DNA of 40,284 nt from Oligoflexia bacterium (GCA_026914095.1 JAPPIY010000122.1:1-40284), one strand, 5' to 3'; positions 26,396-35,438 are shown, counted from the stretch's first letter. Translations and numbers: made by a program. The notes: generated from the sequence alone by a model not told the origin.

Positions 26396-27364
26396 TTAAA
26401 AGGGAAATTTTAAGGACAAGGCTTGTTTTCCCTCTTTTAATAGGCTGTTTTTTTTCAGGATTAAATTTCTTCCCTTTTTTTGAGCTTTCGCTTTGACGCA
26501 GATAAAGCCTTTTTTTGTCTGTTGAGCTATAAAATGATCTTCCTGATTTATAGAGTTTTGATATTGAATTTTTAAATTTTGAGCGGATTTTAAAAAAGGA
26601 AGTTTGCTCCAATCCGCTGTTAAATAAATGCCTCCATCCAGCAAGTGATAATATCGGCTCTTATGAAAGCCTCTTTTTAAAAGGCCTTTATAGGCAGGAA
26701 GAGTTTGAGAATGAACGGCGCTTAAGCAGAGTTGAGCTTGAGGGCTTAGCTTTTTTATTTCAATTTTTAAATTTTTTGGAAAAGCTCTTAAAAACTCCTT
26801 GCGGTTTTTTTGAAAGGCTTTAAGAGCGGATAAATAGCTTTTGTTGAGAAACTTGGCTCCTGTCTCCTGCCAAAAGGGGTTGTTTGTTTTTTGTATAGGA
26901 GCGGTTAAACTCACTTCAATTGTTTTTGAAAAATCTGTAGGAAAAGTTTTTATATATAAAAAGCGAGCCATTCCAATTTGAAGGCCTAAAACCTCTTTGG
27001 ATTTTCTGTATCGGGGATTTAAAATCAGCCCTCCGATTTGATGCCGCCCCTTTATGATTTGTTTTATTTTTAAATAGGAGCCAGCTCTCTTTTTTTCCAA
27101 AAAATAGCAGAGGGATCGGTTGGGGCCAAAGTAAGATAAAATTTGACTGGAGCCAATCACTTTCTTTTTTTTGCTGTCCTCTAAGACAAAAATGTAATTT
27201 CTGAGAAAAGGCTTTAAAGTTTTATTAAAAGATTCTTGGCTTGTCTGTATTTTTTCCTCTAATTTAGATTTGTTGGAAGGGAGACTGCAAAGAGGAAAAT
27301 ATTGAGTGAGGGCTAAAATCTCTGGAATGTCTTTAAATTCGGCGGATCGGATAAAGTATCTCAT
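26396..27364 (-). CDS. astA: Arginine N-succinyltransferase-like protein
   Basis: Collinear with E. coli AstA as I recall it: YIFVLEDSKKKKVIG (compare YVFVLEDSETGTV), FWQETGAKF (compare FWQSLGKRF), and VHSQTLPAYKGLLKRGFHKSRYYHLLDGG (compare [29 protein letters not shown]). Confidence 0.8.
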   Translation of the reverse strand: MRYFIRSAEFKDIPEILALTQYFPLCSLPSNKSKLEEKIQTSQESFNKTLKPFLRNYIFVLEDSKKKKVIGSSQILSYFGPNRSLCYFLEKKRAGSYLKIKQIIKGRHQIGGLILNPRYRKSKEVLGLQIGMARFLYIKTFPTDFSKTIEVSLTAPIQKTNNPFWQETGAKFLNKSYLSALKAFQKNRKEFLRAFPKNLKIEIKKLSPQAQLCLSAVHSQTLPAYKGLLKRGFHKSRYYHLLDGGIYLTADWSKLPFLKSAQNLKIQYQNSINQEDHFIAQQTKKGFICVKAKAQKKGRNLILKKNSLLKEGKQALSLKFPF

Positions 27365-27365
27365 C

Positions 27366-27779
27366 TTATCTTTTGTTGTCTAAAGCTTGATTGGCTAAGG
27401 CGTCGGCCCCTTTGTTTTGCTCTCTGGGAATATGTTGAAACTCCGCTTGAGGAATTTGTTTTAAAAAGCTTTGGCACTCCATGAAAAGAGTTTTTATGTT
27501 TTGGCTCTTCACTTTGTATTTTTTTTGCAGTTGGCGGATTAAAAGCTCGCTGTCTGAAAACAAAGTCAGCTCTTGAATTTTATTTTGAACCGCCAGCTCA
27601 AAAGCTCGGATAACCGCTTTGTATTCGGCAAAGTTGTTGGTGTTTTTGTCCTCTAAATAAGAGGATTCCTCATAAATCAAGTTTTTTTTGGAATCAAAAA
27701 CCTGTAGCCCTAAGGCGCAGGGGCCTGGGTTGCCTCGGCTGGCTCCGTCCGTATAAATAAAGACTCGTTTTGGCCACAT
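27366..27779 (-). CDS. rnhA: Ribonuclease HI
   Basis: IYTDGASRGNPG (Asp), NNFAEY (Glu), SDSELL (Asp), NKGADALAN (Asp). Its stop lies 1 nt from the astA start. Confidence 0.9.
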   Translation of the reverse strand: MWPKRVFIYTDGASRGNPGPCALGLQVFDSKKNLIYEESSYLEDKNTNNFAEYKAVIRAFELAVQNKIQELTLFSDSELLIRQLQKKYKVKSQNIKTLFMECQSFLKQIPQAEFQHIPREQNKGADALANQALDNKR

Positions 27780-27877
27780 AACAATAAAGCTAACAAAAGA
27801 ATTTTATTTAAACAATATCTCTATAAAAAAAACTTTATCTTTGAGGATTTTTACGAGTCGGCGATGAAAAAATTTGC

Positions 27878-28172
27878 TTTATTGTTTAAATGTGATTTTT
27901 GTTCAAAAGCTTGCAAATCAGCTTGCAAAGTGAGTTTGGTTTTTATCACAATATTGTAAATGTTCAGTCATTCCCGCGAAAGCGGGAATCTCCAGACAAA
28001 ACTTCAAAAGTTCAAACCCGATCCGCATCACTTGCTTTCTTGTAAATACTATCCTTTTATACTGATCGTATTTGAAAACTCAGCGCTACGCCTTCTTCAA
28101 AAACTTAAAACCGGAATTTTCAAACACGATCGGTATAAGATCATAAATTCACAAATCATTTCAATAGTTTAG
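27878..28172. repeat. Repeat cassette Y upstream of ileS, with a nested 76-bp mini-MITE at 28060-28135
   Basis: Module TTTATTGTTTAAATGTGATTTTTGTTCAAAAGCTTGCAAATCAGCTTGCAAA (27878-27929). Hairpin GTCATTCCCGCGAAAGCGGGAATCTCC (27967-27993). Mini-MITE TA|TACTGATCGTATTTGAAAACTC...TTTTCAAACACGATCGGTA|TA. Tail AAATTCACAAATCATTTCAATAGTTTAG (28145-28172). Confidence 0.8.
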
Positions 28173-28362
28173 GACTTCTTCAGAACCGACTGATTAGTTT
28201 TGTATTTATTACAAATCATTTGGACTGCGCTTCCTTAAATTTCAGTCCTAAAAGGCTTTCCTGACACTTCTGAGCTAAGGCTCTTAAAGCGCCAATGATC
28301 CTACCGCAAGACTTTTAAAAAAGGCGTTGTTCCTTTTTGTTTTTTCAGATATAAAAAGTCCT

Positions 28363-31104
28363 ATGAGCGCCGATTCCTTTCGCGACAGCCTTCTTCTCCC
28401 TAAGACAGATTTTCCTATGAAAGCTCAGCTTTCAAAAAAAGAGCCGGAAATTGTAAAGCAGTGGAGAGAAAAAAAGCTTTATGAAAAAATTTTAGAAAAA
28501 AGAAAATCCGCAGAGTTGTTTTTTATGCCGGATGGCCCTCCTTATGCCAATGGAGCGATTCATTTAGGCCATGTTTTAAATAAAATTTTGAAAGACATTG
28601 TCATTAAATATAAAAACTTAAGTGGAAAAAAAGCCCCTTTTATTCCTTCTTGGGACTGCCATGGTTTGCCGATAGAGTTAGAGGCTCTTAAAAAACAAGA
28701 TCAAACAGAAGAGCTTTCTCCTAAAAAATTAAGGGAAGAGTGCCGCAAAACGGCTCGTTTTTGGATAGAAAAACAAAAAGAAAGTTTTGAAAGGCTGGGA
28801 GTCTTGGCCGATTGGGGTCAGCCTCTTTTAACAATGAATCCTCATTATACAGCGGAAGAAGTGAGGGCTTTTGCCAAGCTTGTCCGAAAGGGCTTGATTT
28901 TTTCTGGAACAAAACCGGTCTTTTGGTGTTTTAAATTACAGACGGCTTTGGCTTTTTCAGAAGCGGAATACAGAGAGCATAAAAGCCCCTCTATTTATGT
29001 CAAATTTAATTTAACCTCTTCTTCTCTTAAAAAATTAAATTCTCCTCAGCCGGTTTCGGCGGTGATATGGACGACCACTCCCTGGACTTTGCCGGCGAAT
29101 ACAGCAATAGGACTTCATCCGGATTTAGACTACGGTTTGTTTGCTGGTGAGACGGAATCTTATTTGCTGGCAATGGCCTTGGCCGATTCTTTTTTTAAGG
29201 AGACAGATCAAACTCCTTTTAAACTGGAAAAAACTTTTAAAGGGAAAGACTTGGAATTTTTAACTTACTGTCATCCTTTTTTAAAGAGAGAAAGCCCCTT
29301 TGTTTTAGGGGATCATGTGAGTCAAGAGACCGGCACAGGCTTAGTGCATACCGCTCCTGGCCACGGGCTGGAGGATTATGCGGTGGGGCAAAAATACAAA
29401 CTCCCCAGCCCCTGTCCCGTGGATGAAAGAGGGCATTTCACGGATGAAGCTTCTAAAAATTTGCAAGGGCTTTTTATTTTTAAAGGCAATTCTGTGATAC
29501 TTGAGATGTTAAAAAAGACCGGACATTTGCTGGCTCATAAAACAATCACTCACAGCTATCCTTACAATCCCCGCTCGGATTCTCCTCTGATTTACCGTTT
29601 AACGGCTCAGTGGTTTTTATCTTTGGATAAAAAAGATAACGGAGTTCGGGACTTAGCTTTAAAAGCCTGCGATAAAGAGATTCACTTTGTCCCCTCTTGG
29701 GGAAAGGCTCGTTTGACGGCCATGATTCAAGCCAGCCCGGACTGGTGTTTGAGCCGGCAGAGGGTTTGGGGAGTTCCCTTAGTGGTTTTTTACTGCAAAA
29801 AATGCTCCACAGCCTTATTGGATCCCTCAGTGATAGAAGAAATAGCGGATGAAATGCAAAACACAGAAGAGGGGATAGAGTATTATTTTGAAAGAGAGGC
29901 CAAAGAGCTTTTGCCAGATCAAAGCCAATGTGAAAACTGCGGACACAGGGAATTTGAAAAGGGAGAGGATATTTTAGATGTGTGGTTTGACAGCGGAGTT
30001 CAGCATGAGGTTTTTTCACAGCAAAAAGAAATAAAGACGCCTATGGATCTTTTTTTAGAGGGAAGCGATCAGCACAGAGGCTGGTTTCAAACCAGTTTAT
30101 TGTCTTCTCTGGCTTTAAACTCTCAAACTCCCTTTAAGACTCTGCTCACTCATGGCTTTGTGAATGACAACAAAGGGTATAAAATGAGCAAAAGCAAAGG
30201 AAATGTTTTAAACCCCGCTCAGCTCATTGAAAAAAACGGAGCGGAAATTTTAAGAATTTGGACGGCCAGTGAAAATTTTGCTTTTGATGTGAAAGCGGGA
30301 GAAGAGAATTTTAAAAGAGTGGTTGAAAGCTACAGGCGGTTCCGAAACAGCTTTCGCTTTGTCTTGGGAAATTTAAATGATTTTCAAGCCAAAGAGTTAA
30401 TAGAGTTTAAACAATTAAGGGCTGTGGATCAATGGATGTTGGGACAGCTCAATGAGCTTATTGAAGAAAGCGCAAAGGCTTATGAAGAGTATGCCTTTTA
30501 TAAAGTCTATCAACAGCTCAATCATTTTTTCACAGTTCAAATGTCCGCCTTTTATTTAGACATTATAAAAGATCGTCTTTACACTTTTCCGCAAAAAAGC
30601 CTTGAGAGAAGACAAGCGCAAACCGTTCTCTATTATCTCATGGATCAGCTGTTGCCGCTTATGGCTCCTATCACCAGTTTTTTATCAGAAGAAGCCTACA
30701 CTTATTTTAATAGGGAAAAAAAAGACAGTGTTTTTTTAGAGGATTTTCCGAAAAAAAATCCAGAATGGGATCATCCCGAAGCGCGGGGGCTGTTCTCCAA
30801 GCTTTTTCCTTTAAGAGAGGAGTTAAACAAAAAATTGGAAGTTTTGAGGCAAAAAGGGAGCCTGGGATCCAACTTGCAGGCCTTCGCCAGCCTTGTGTTG
30901 AAAAAGGATTTTATCAGTCCGGTTTTAAGCCGCTCTGAGCAGTTGGAGTTTTTTTCTGTCTCACAGATAGAAATTCAAGAGGGAGAGGAAACTCTATTAA
31001 AGGCGGGCCTGGCGCAGGGAGAAAAATGCCAGCGCTGTTGGTTTATCAGCGAGCATTTGAATGAGCAGAGGATTTGCCCTAAATGTGTTAAAAACTTGTC
31101 TTAA
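28363..31104 (+). CDS. ileS: Isoleucine--tRNA ligase
   Basis: HIGH motif PYANGAIHLGH, KMSKS motif YKMSKSKGN, the CP1 editing region, and a C-terminal zinc knuckle CQRCW...CPKC. Start set at the ATG at 28363 (MSADSFRDSLLLPKTDFPM). Confidence 0.96.
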   Translation: MSADSFRDSLLLPKTDFPMKAQLSKKEPEIVKQWREKKLYEKILEKRKSAELFFMPDGPPYANGAIHLGHVLNKILKDIVIKYKNLSGKKAPFIPSWDCHGLPIELEALKKQDQTEELSPKKLREECRKTARFWIEKQKESFERLGVLADWGQPLLTMNPHYTAEEVRAFAKLVRKGLIFSGTKPVFWCFKLQTALAFSEAEYREHKSPSIYVKFNLTSSSLKKLNSPQPVSAVIWTTTPWTLPANTAIGLHPDLDYGLFAGETESYLLAMALADSFFKETDQTPFKLEKTFKGKDLEFLTYCHPFLKRESPFVLGDHVSQETGTGLVHTAPGHGLEDYAVGQKYKLPSPCPVDERGHFTDEASKNLQGLFIFKGNSVILEMLKKTGHLLAHKTITHSYPYNPRSDSPLIYRLTAQWFLSLDKKDNGVRDLALKACDKEIHFVPSWGKARLTAMIQASPDWCLSRQRVWGVPLVVFYCKKCSTALLDPSVIEEIADEMQNTEEGIEYYFEREAKELLPDQSQCENCGHREFEKGEDILDVWFDSGVQHEVFSQQKEIKTPMDLFLEGSDQHRGWFQTSLLSSLALNSQTPFKTLLTHGFVNDNKGYKMSKSKGNVLNPAQLIEKNGAEILRIWTASENFAFDVKAGEENFKRVVESYRRFRNSFRFVLGNLNDFQAKELIEFKQLRAVDQWMLGQLNELIEESAKAYEEYAFYKVYQQLNHFFTVQMSAFYLDIIKDRLYTFPQKSLERRQAQTVLYYLMDQLLPLMAPITSFLSEEAYTYFNREKKDSVFLEDFPKKNPEWDHPEARGLFSKLFPLREELNKKLEVLRQKGSLGSNLQAFASLVLKKDFISPVLSRSEQLEFFSVSQIEIQEGEETLLKAGLAQGEKCQRCWFISEHLNEQRICPKCVKNLS

Positions 31105-31107
31105 AAT

Positions 31108-31257
31108 TATATGGATCCTATTTGAAATTTCAACATGACTTGTCCCCAGAAGACGGAACTTCTGCAAAAGCTTGCTTTCATAGAAGCGGAGGCATAGTCA
31201 TTCTCGCAAAAGCGGGAAGCTCCAGAAAAGACTCAAAATTCAAACAAGGTTGGTATA
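31108..31257. repeat. MITE-like element, full copy
   Basis: TATATGGATCCTATTTGAAATTTC ... AAAATTCAAACAAGGTTGGTA|TA. Followed by the 2x10-bp direct repeat GCAACAGGGA (31261-31280). Confidence 0.8.
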
Positions 31258-31289
31258 AGAGCAACAGGGAGCAACAGGGAGCGGCAGTT

Positions 31290-32816
31290 ATGAATAAAAA
31301 AATCTTGAGCTTTTTAAAAAATCAAGGGGGGGGGTATTTTTACTCCTTACTCCTTATTGTTTTTGTTTTTCTAAAATGGAAGAGTTTGCATATTCTGCCT
31401 TGGTCTGATGAGAACTTCTATCCTTATATTACTGAAAAAGAGTGGGTTTTTTTTCTTCCCTGGAATTACCGTCCTGAGAATTTTCAAGGTCATCCGGCAG
31501 GACAGCCTTTTATTCTCTGGCTGGCTTTTAAACTGTTTGGATTAAAAGTCTTCACAGCCAGGATGACAGCTTTAAGTTGGTCTTTGCTGTGTTTGTTCAG
31601 CTTATATAAAATGACATCCGCGCTTTTTCAAGACAAGCAGACAGCTTTTCTCTCAATGGCTTTTGCTATAAGCCTCCCTTTGTTTTGGTTTCAATCCACT
31701 GTGTTATTAGCGCATATTCCCTTAATGGCCTGTGGTTTTGGAGCTGTTTATGCTTTTCTTTCTGGAAAATATAAATCCCTTCTTTTGTTTTCCCTCGGTT
31801 TGGCTGTTGTCAGAGAATCCGCTTTAGCCTTCTTCCTGCTGTTTATTTTCTATGGCCTTTTCAATCCCTCTTACCGAAAAGCTCTTTACTATATGATTCC
31901 CTCCCTTCTCTTGTTTCTTTCCCATTTTTTGGTTTCTTTTGTAAGAACCGGCCATTGGTCCACTCACCCTCATGCCCTAGGGACATTGCCTCATAATCCA
32001 AACCCGGAGTTCTTTAACTTTTCTCTTTTTTTTGAAAGATCCCATCACTTTTTCAAAGATTTTTTTTATCAGTTTCCTTATGTATTTTGGTGGCTCTTTC
32101 TATTCTCTCTTGGTTTTTTTATTTTTTCAAAATTAAGACAACGAGTTTTTATTTCAAGTTTAAAACAACTATTCAATTATAGGGAAAAAGTTTTTATTCC
32201 CTTAACTGTCAGCGCTTTATTTTTTTGCTTTTTTATCAGTTATCCTGAATATGAATTTAGAAACTTTTTTCCTATTCTTATTATTTTTATTCCTCTAAGC
32301 CTTCACTTTATGATAAAAACCCTCCCTTTGTTCAAAAAGGCCTTAATGTTTGTTTTCTGGCTCCTGCTTATTCAAAATGTATTTCCAAAAAGCAGTCCTT
32401 TTATTGTTAAGTTGGGAGCTGGCGTGAAATACAGCGGGTCTCAAAGGGAGGAGGAGGAAAGGCAGAGAGTCTTAAAGGCTCAAACCTTTGTGGTTTATTT
32501 AGAAGACAAATGGGGCAAACCAGTCAGAGAGTTAGAAAAATGGGTCTATATGCCTTATCCTTACGATCAAATTATGAGCGGCCATGAATATGGGTATGTA
32601 AAAAACTCTTACAGTGTGGATCATTGGCGTTTTCTGGAGGAGCCGGAAAGATACGGAATTGTTGCCATGGCTAAAAGAAAAATATCCCGTCTTCCCTATA
32701 ATGAGCTTGTTTATGAATATTTACAGGGGTCTAGTTCTTTTGTTGAACAGCCTCTCCCTCCTTCCCTGAATGATTTTGTTTTATTTCTTCATAAGGATGT
32801 GCTGGACTGGAAATAA
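31290..32816 (+). CDS. Polytopic membrane protein, GT-C fold (ArnT/PMT-like, family 39-type) glycosyltransferase candidate
   Basis: ATG at 31290 preceded by GGGAG with 8-nt spacing. About 10 or more hydrophobic segments. WSDENFYPY in the first loop resembles the GT-C acidic motif. C-terminal soluble domain. Confidence 0.55.
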   Translation: MNKKILSFLKNQGGGYFYSLLLIVFVFLKWKSLHILPWSDENFYPYITEKEWVFFLPWNYRPENFQGHPAGQPFILWLAFKLFGLKVFTARMTALSWSLLCLFSLYKMTSALFQDKQTAFLSMAFAISLPLFWFQSTVLLAHIPLMACGFGAVYAFLSGKYKSLLLFSLGLAVVRESALAFFLLFIFYGLFNPSYRKALYYMIPSLLLFLSHFLVSFVRTGHWSTHPHALGTLPHNPNPEFFNFSLFFERSHHFFKDFFYQFPYVFWWLFLFSLGFFIFSKLRQRVFISSLKQLFNYREKVFIPLTVSALFFCFFISYPEYEFRNFFPILIIFIPLSLHFMIKTLPLFKKALMFVFWLLLIQNVFPKSSPFIVKLGAGVKYSGSQREEEERQRVLKAQTFVVYLEDKWGKPVRELEKWVYMPYPYDQIMSGHEYGYVKNSYSVDHWRFLEEPERYGIVAMAKRKISRLPYNELVYEYLQGSSSFVEQPLPPSLNDFVLFLHKDVLDWK

Positions 32817-32820
32817 CAGC

Positions 32821-32920
32821 GGACAGATTCTTCCCTCCAAGCGCGGGAGGACGCAAAGGGAATTGTGAGAGAGATACTGTGGACAAATTCCTCCCTCCAA
32901 GCTTGAGAGGACAGCGAAGG
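32821..32920. repeat. Two direct repeats with an exact 60-bp period
   Basis: GGACAGATTCTTCCCTCCAAGCGCGGGAGGACGCAAAGGG (32821) versus GGACAAATTCCTCCCTCCAAGCTTGAGAGGACAGCGAAGG (32881). The second ends in the hairpin GGACAGC-GAAG-GCTGTCC. Confidence 0.7.
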
Positions 32921-32988
32921 CTGTCCCAAAAACTTAATTTTTCGTTACAAGTATAAAGGGGGACAGCTTTGTTTGCGGCAATATGAAA

Positions 32989-33132
32989 TAGACTGATCCT
33001 GTTTGAAAATTTTTGTTTGAATGAGATTCCTGTCCCTGTCCCCGTTTCCACGAGGACAGGCTTTTGCGGGAGTTCCGGCTGTTGGAATCAGCCTGAACAA
33101 AGAAGAGGGAAAATTCAAGCAGGATTGGTATA
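32989..33132. repeat. MITE-like element, full copy
   Basis: TA|GACTGATCCTGTTTGAAAATTTT ... GGAAAATTCAAGCAGGATTGGTA|TA. Core GATTCCTGTCCCTGTCCCCGTTTCCACGAGGACAGGCTTTTGCGGGAG. Confidence 0.85.
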
Positions 33133-33163
33133 AAAGCCTTGTTTTCAAATCTTGCTTGGTATA
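33133..33163. repeat. Extra right-terminus fragment directly upstream of lspA
   Basis: GTTTTCAAATCTTGCTTGGTA|TA ends 11 bp before the lspA ATG. Confidence 0.5.
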
Positions 33164-33173
33164 AATAAAAGTC

Positions 33174-33671
33174 ATGTCAAACTCTTTTATAAAATATTTA
33201 TCGGTTACTTTGATCACTGCTTGGATTTTGTGTTTAGACCAAGCAACTAAAATTTTTATTCACACTCAATTTCCAAGACAGACATCAAAAGCCATTATAG
33301 AAGGCTTTTTTAATATTTCTTATGTCACCAACTCTGGAGGGGCTTTTGGGCTTTTTAATGACAGCCCTGATTGGATTCGCTTTATCTTGTTTTTATTGTT
33401 TCCTTTAGTTTGCGTCTATTTTATTTTTAAGCTGTTACAGGAGACAAACAGCCGTTTTCAAATTTTAGCTTTGAGCTTTATTTTAGGGGGAGCTTTTGGG
33501 AATTATCTGGATAGGGTCAGGCTGGGTTATGTTGTGGATTTTATTGATTGGCATATCAAGGGCTGGCATTGGCCGACTTTCAATATAGCGGATTCCTTTA
33601 TTGTTATGGGTGTAGCCCTTCTCAGCGCTCTTTATTTTAAAGATTATCAAGAGTCTAAAAAATCGGCTTAA
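33174..33671 (+). CDS. lspA: Lipoprotein signal peptidase (signal peptidase II)
   Basis: DQATKIF, NSGGAFG, GNYLDR, FNIADS, and four TM segments. Confidence 0.93.
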   Translation: MSNSFIKYLSVTLITAWILCLDQATKIFIHTQFPRQTSKAIIEGFFNISYVTNSGGAFGLFNDSPDWIRFILFLLFPLVCVYFIFKLLQETNSRFQILALSFILGGAFGNYLDRVRLGYVVDFIDWHIKGWHWPTFNIADSFIVMGVALLSALYFKDYQESKKSA

Positions 33672-33723
33672 AAGAGCTTTAAGACAGTAGGCCAATTAAG
33701 GCTTTTTTCAAAAGCGAGAGCAG

Positions 33724-33897
33724 TATGCAATCCTGTTTGAAATTTCGGGAACTATATATTTAATACAGCATAAAATTCTTTGGGTTTTATTTTTATGTTT
33801 CATAAAAGCTTTGAAAACTCCTTATATCTAAAGGCTTCCATGACTTGTTTGCTGTTTTAAGTCTGTAATTCCAGAAATTCCAAACACGGCTAGTATA
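33724..33897. repeat. MITE-like element with the same termini but an AT-rich, different core
   Basis: TA|TGCAATCCTGTTTGAAATTTC ... GAAATTCCAAACACGGCTAGTA|TA. The core starts GGGAACTATATATTTAAT (type C-like string) and lacks the GC hairpin. Confidence 0.7.
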
Positions 33898-33949
33898 GGC
33901 TCAATGAAAGGACTTTCTTAATACTTAATAAATATGATAAAAGAGATGT

Positions 33950-34711
33950 GTGAGATTAAATAAGTTTTTAGCTCAATGGGCAGGGCTTTCCCGCCGGCAG
34001 GCCGATCATAAAATCAAACAGGGGCATGTTTTTGTAAATGATCAAAAAGTGTCTCAGCTGTCTGTCTTTGTTGATCCTGAAAAAGACCAGGTGCGAGTGC
34101 AAAAAAAACTAATTTCCACAAAATCACAGCCATTTCTTTATCTGATGTTTAACAAACCCACTCAGGTTTTAAGCGCAAGGAAAGATTCCAAAGGCAGGCC
34201 TGTTGTGATGGATTACATTCCTAAATATAAAGATCGGCTTTTTTTAGTGGGGCGATTGGATTGGGATTCCGAAGGCTTATTGCTTTTAACCAATAATGGC
34301 CAATTTTCTGAAAAGATTTTAAATCCTAAAAATAAAATTTCTAAAACTTATTTGGTGAAAGTGAGAGGCAGGCCTTCAGAGGCGCATTTAAAAAAGCTTT
34401 TGCGGGGAGTCAGCACTCCTGTTGGCAAAAGGAAAGCCTTATTTGTCCAAAAGTATCCCTCCCAAAAAGGAACAAAGACCGTTTGGATTAAAATTATTTT
34501 AAGTGAAGGGAAAAAAAGGCAGATTCGCTTGATGTTTGATAAATTGGGCTTTCCTGTTCAAAAACTAAGACGGACAGCGATCGGGCGATTGAAGATGAAT
34601 AAACTGGCTAAAGGGCATTTTATCTCTTTAAGAGAAAAAGATTTAGAAAAAGTTTTTTTGTGGCCAAAGGAGCTGAAGAGATTTTCTTTGCAGAGTAAGC
34701 AATCTGTTTAA
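33950..34711 (+). CDS. RsuA/RluB-family rRNA pseudouridine synthase
   Basis: N-terminal S4 domain (RLNKFLAQWAGLSRRQADHKIKQGHVFVND), catalytic GRLDWDSEGLLLLTNNG, and KTYLVKV. GTG start. Confidence 0.88.
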   Translation: MRLNKFLAQWAGLSRRQADHKIKQGHVFVNDQKVSQLSVFVDPEKDQVRVQKKLISTKSQPFLYLMFNKPTQVLSARKDSKGRPVVMDYIPKYKDRLFLVGRLDWDSEGLLLLTNNGQFSEKILNPKNKISKTYLVKVRGRPSEAHLKKLLRGVSTPVGKRKALFVQKYPSQKGTKTVWIKIILSEGKKRQIRLMFDKLGFPVQKLRRTAIGRLKMNKLAKGHFISLREKDLEKVFLWPKELKRFSLQSKQSV

Positions 34712-34803
34712 CTCAACTGATCTTGTTTGAATTTTCAGGTTAGGGCTAGACTTCTGCTTTTGCAGAAGTGACAAAAAGGAGGAAAACTCAAATCGATCAG
34801 ATA
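34709..34803. repeat. Short MITE-like element overlapping the pseudouridine synthase stop codon
   Basis: TAACTCAACTGATCTTGTTTGAATTTTC ... GGAAAACTCAAATCGATCAGA|TA. Core GACTTCTGCTTTTGCAGAAGTGAC. Confidence 0.75.
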
Positions 34804-34841
34804 TAATTCCCAAAGGAATAAACTTTCATTGTAAATAAAAA

Positions 34842-34868
34842 AGCCAGAGCTAAACTCTGGCTTTTTTT
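34842..34868. terminator. Bidirectional rho-independent terminator
   Basis: Stem AGCCAGAG/CTCTGGCT with loop CTAAA. An A-run lies upstream and TTTTTTT downstream. It sits between convergent genes. Confidence 0.75.
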
Positions 34869-34889
34869 GTAGGATAAGAAAAGCTAAAA

Positions 34890-35438
34890 TCAGTAAAAGT
34901 CAAAGTAATAGGCAAATCCCATGCGGGGCTCTACATGGTGGATCATACTTGTAAAGATCCCTGAAACAGGGGTATGAAGGCGGTAAGCTAAAGTCGTTAT
35001 AAAAGCTGTTCTTTTTGCGACAAAGCTTTTTAAAGAGACATGAGCTCCTAGAGCCAGTTCAGGGCCGACTCCTCCTTTGCTAGCTCCCACTGTTACACCT
35101 AGGGCAGGAATAAATTTTCTCTTCCCCCGGTTTTTAATAAAGTTATACTCCACCAGCAATCCCCCTGCCCAGCTGTTTAATTGAAAAGCGCCGGTAGACG
35201 TTCCAGCCGCTAAAGCAAAATAAGGGCCAACTTCTATCATGCCTTTCCAGTTGTAGGCATAGGCCCCAGCCAAATTGGCATTCCATGTAAATCCCTGGAA
35301 AGACATAGGAATATTCCCTTGAAAGCGGACTCCATGCTCCCTTTTAATATAACGGTATTTTTTGCTGGCAAAACTTTTCCCTGTTCCTGCTACAAACATC
35401 AGCAAAAATAAATTTAAAAATAAAAATAGTTTTTTCAT
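34890..35438 (-). CDS. Small outer-membrane beta-barrel protein (182 aa)
   Basis: GGGAGG precedes the ATG. Signal peptide MKKLFLFLNLFLLMFVAGTGKSFA. Glycine/aromatic-rich strands. C-terminal aromatic residues ...YYFDFY. Confidence 0.7.
   Translation of the reverse strand: MKKLFLFLNLFLLMFVAGTGKSFASKKYRYIKREHGVRFQGNIPMSFQGFTWNANLAGAYAYNWKGMIEVGPYFALAAGTSTGAFQLNSWAGGLLVEYNFIKNRGKRKFIPALGVTVGASKGGVGPELALGAHVSLKSFVAKRTAFITTLAYRLHTPVSGIFTSMIHHVEPRMGFAYYFDFY

Noticed and set aside
27780-28362. Possible T-box or other leader upstream of ileS, and a lysine riboswitch upstream of lysC or lysA.
   Set aside because: The ileS upstream region is fully accounted for by repeat modules. lysC is translationally coupled to E2, and the lysA leader is a MITE terminus. 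No conserved riboswitch core strings were seen.
29546-30019. 157-aa antisense ORF inside ileS.
   Set aside because: It is fully embedded opposite a strongly supported conserved gene. It is a typical antisense shadow ORF.
31122-31289. N-terminal extension of the GT-C ORF. Similar extensions occur at lysA (2809-2856), astD (26193-26297), gatB (39131-39172), the coiled-coil protein (17206-17328) and ileS (28327-28362).
   Set aside because: The extensions read through MITE or spacer sequence, or through the upstream gene. They lack homology to the family N-termini, and internal ATGs with better SD or ortholog-like N-termini exist.
32731-33217. Minus-strand ORFs 32731..33051 and 32945..33217.
   Set aside because: They are translations of the 60-bp direct repeats and a MITE, and they overlap the lspA start and the GT-C gene end.
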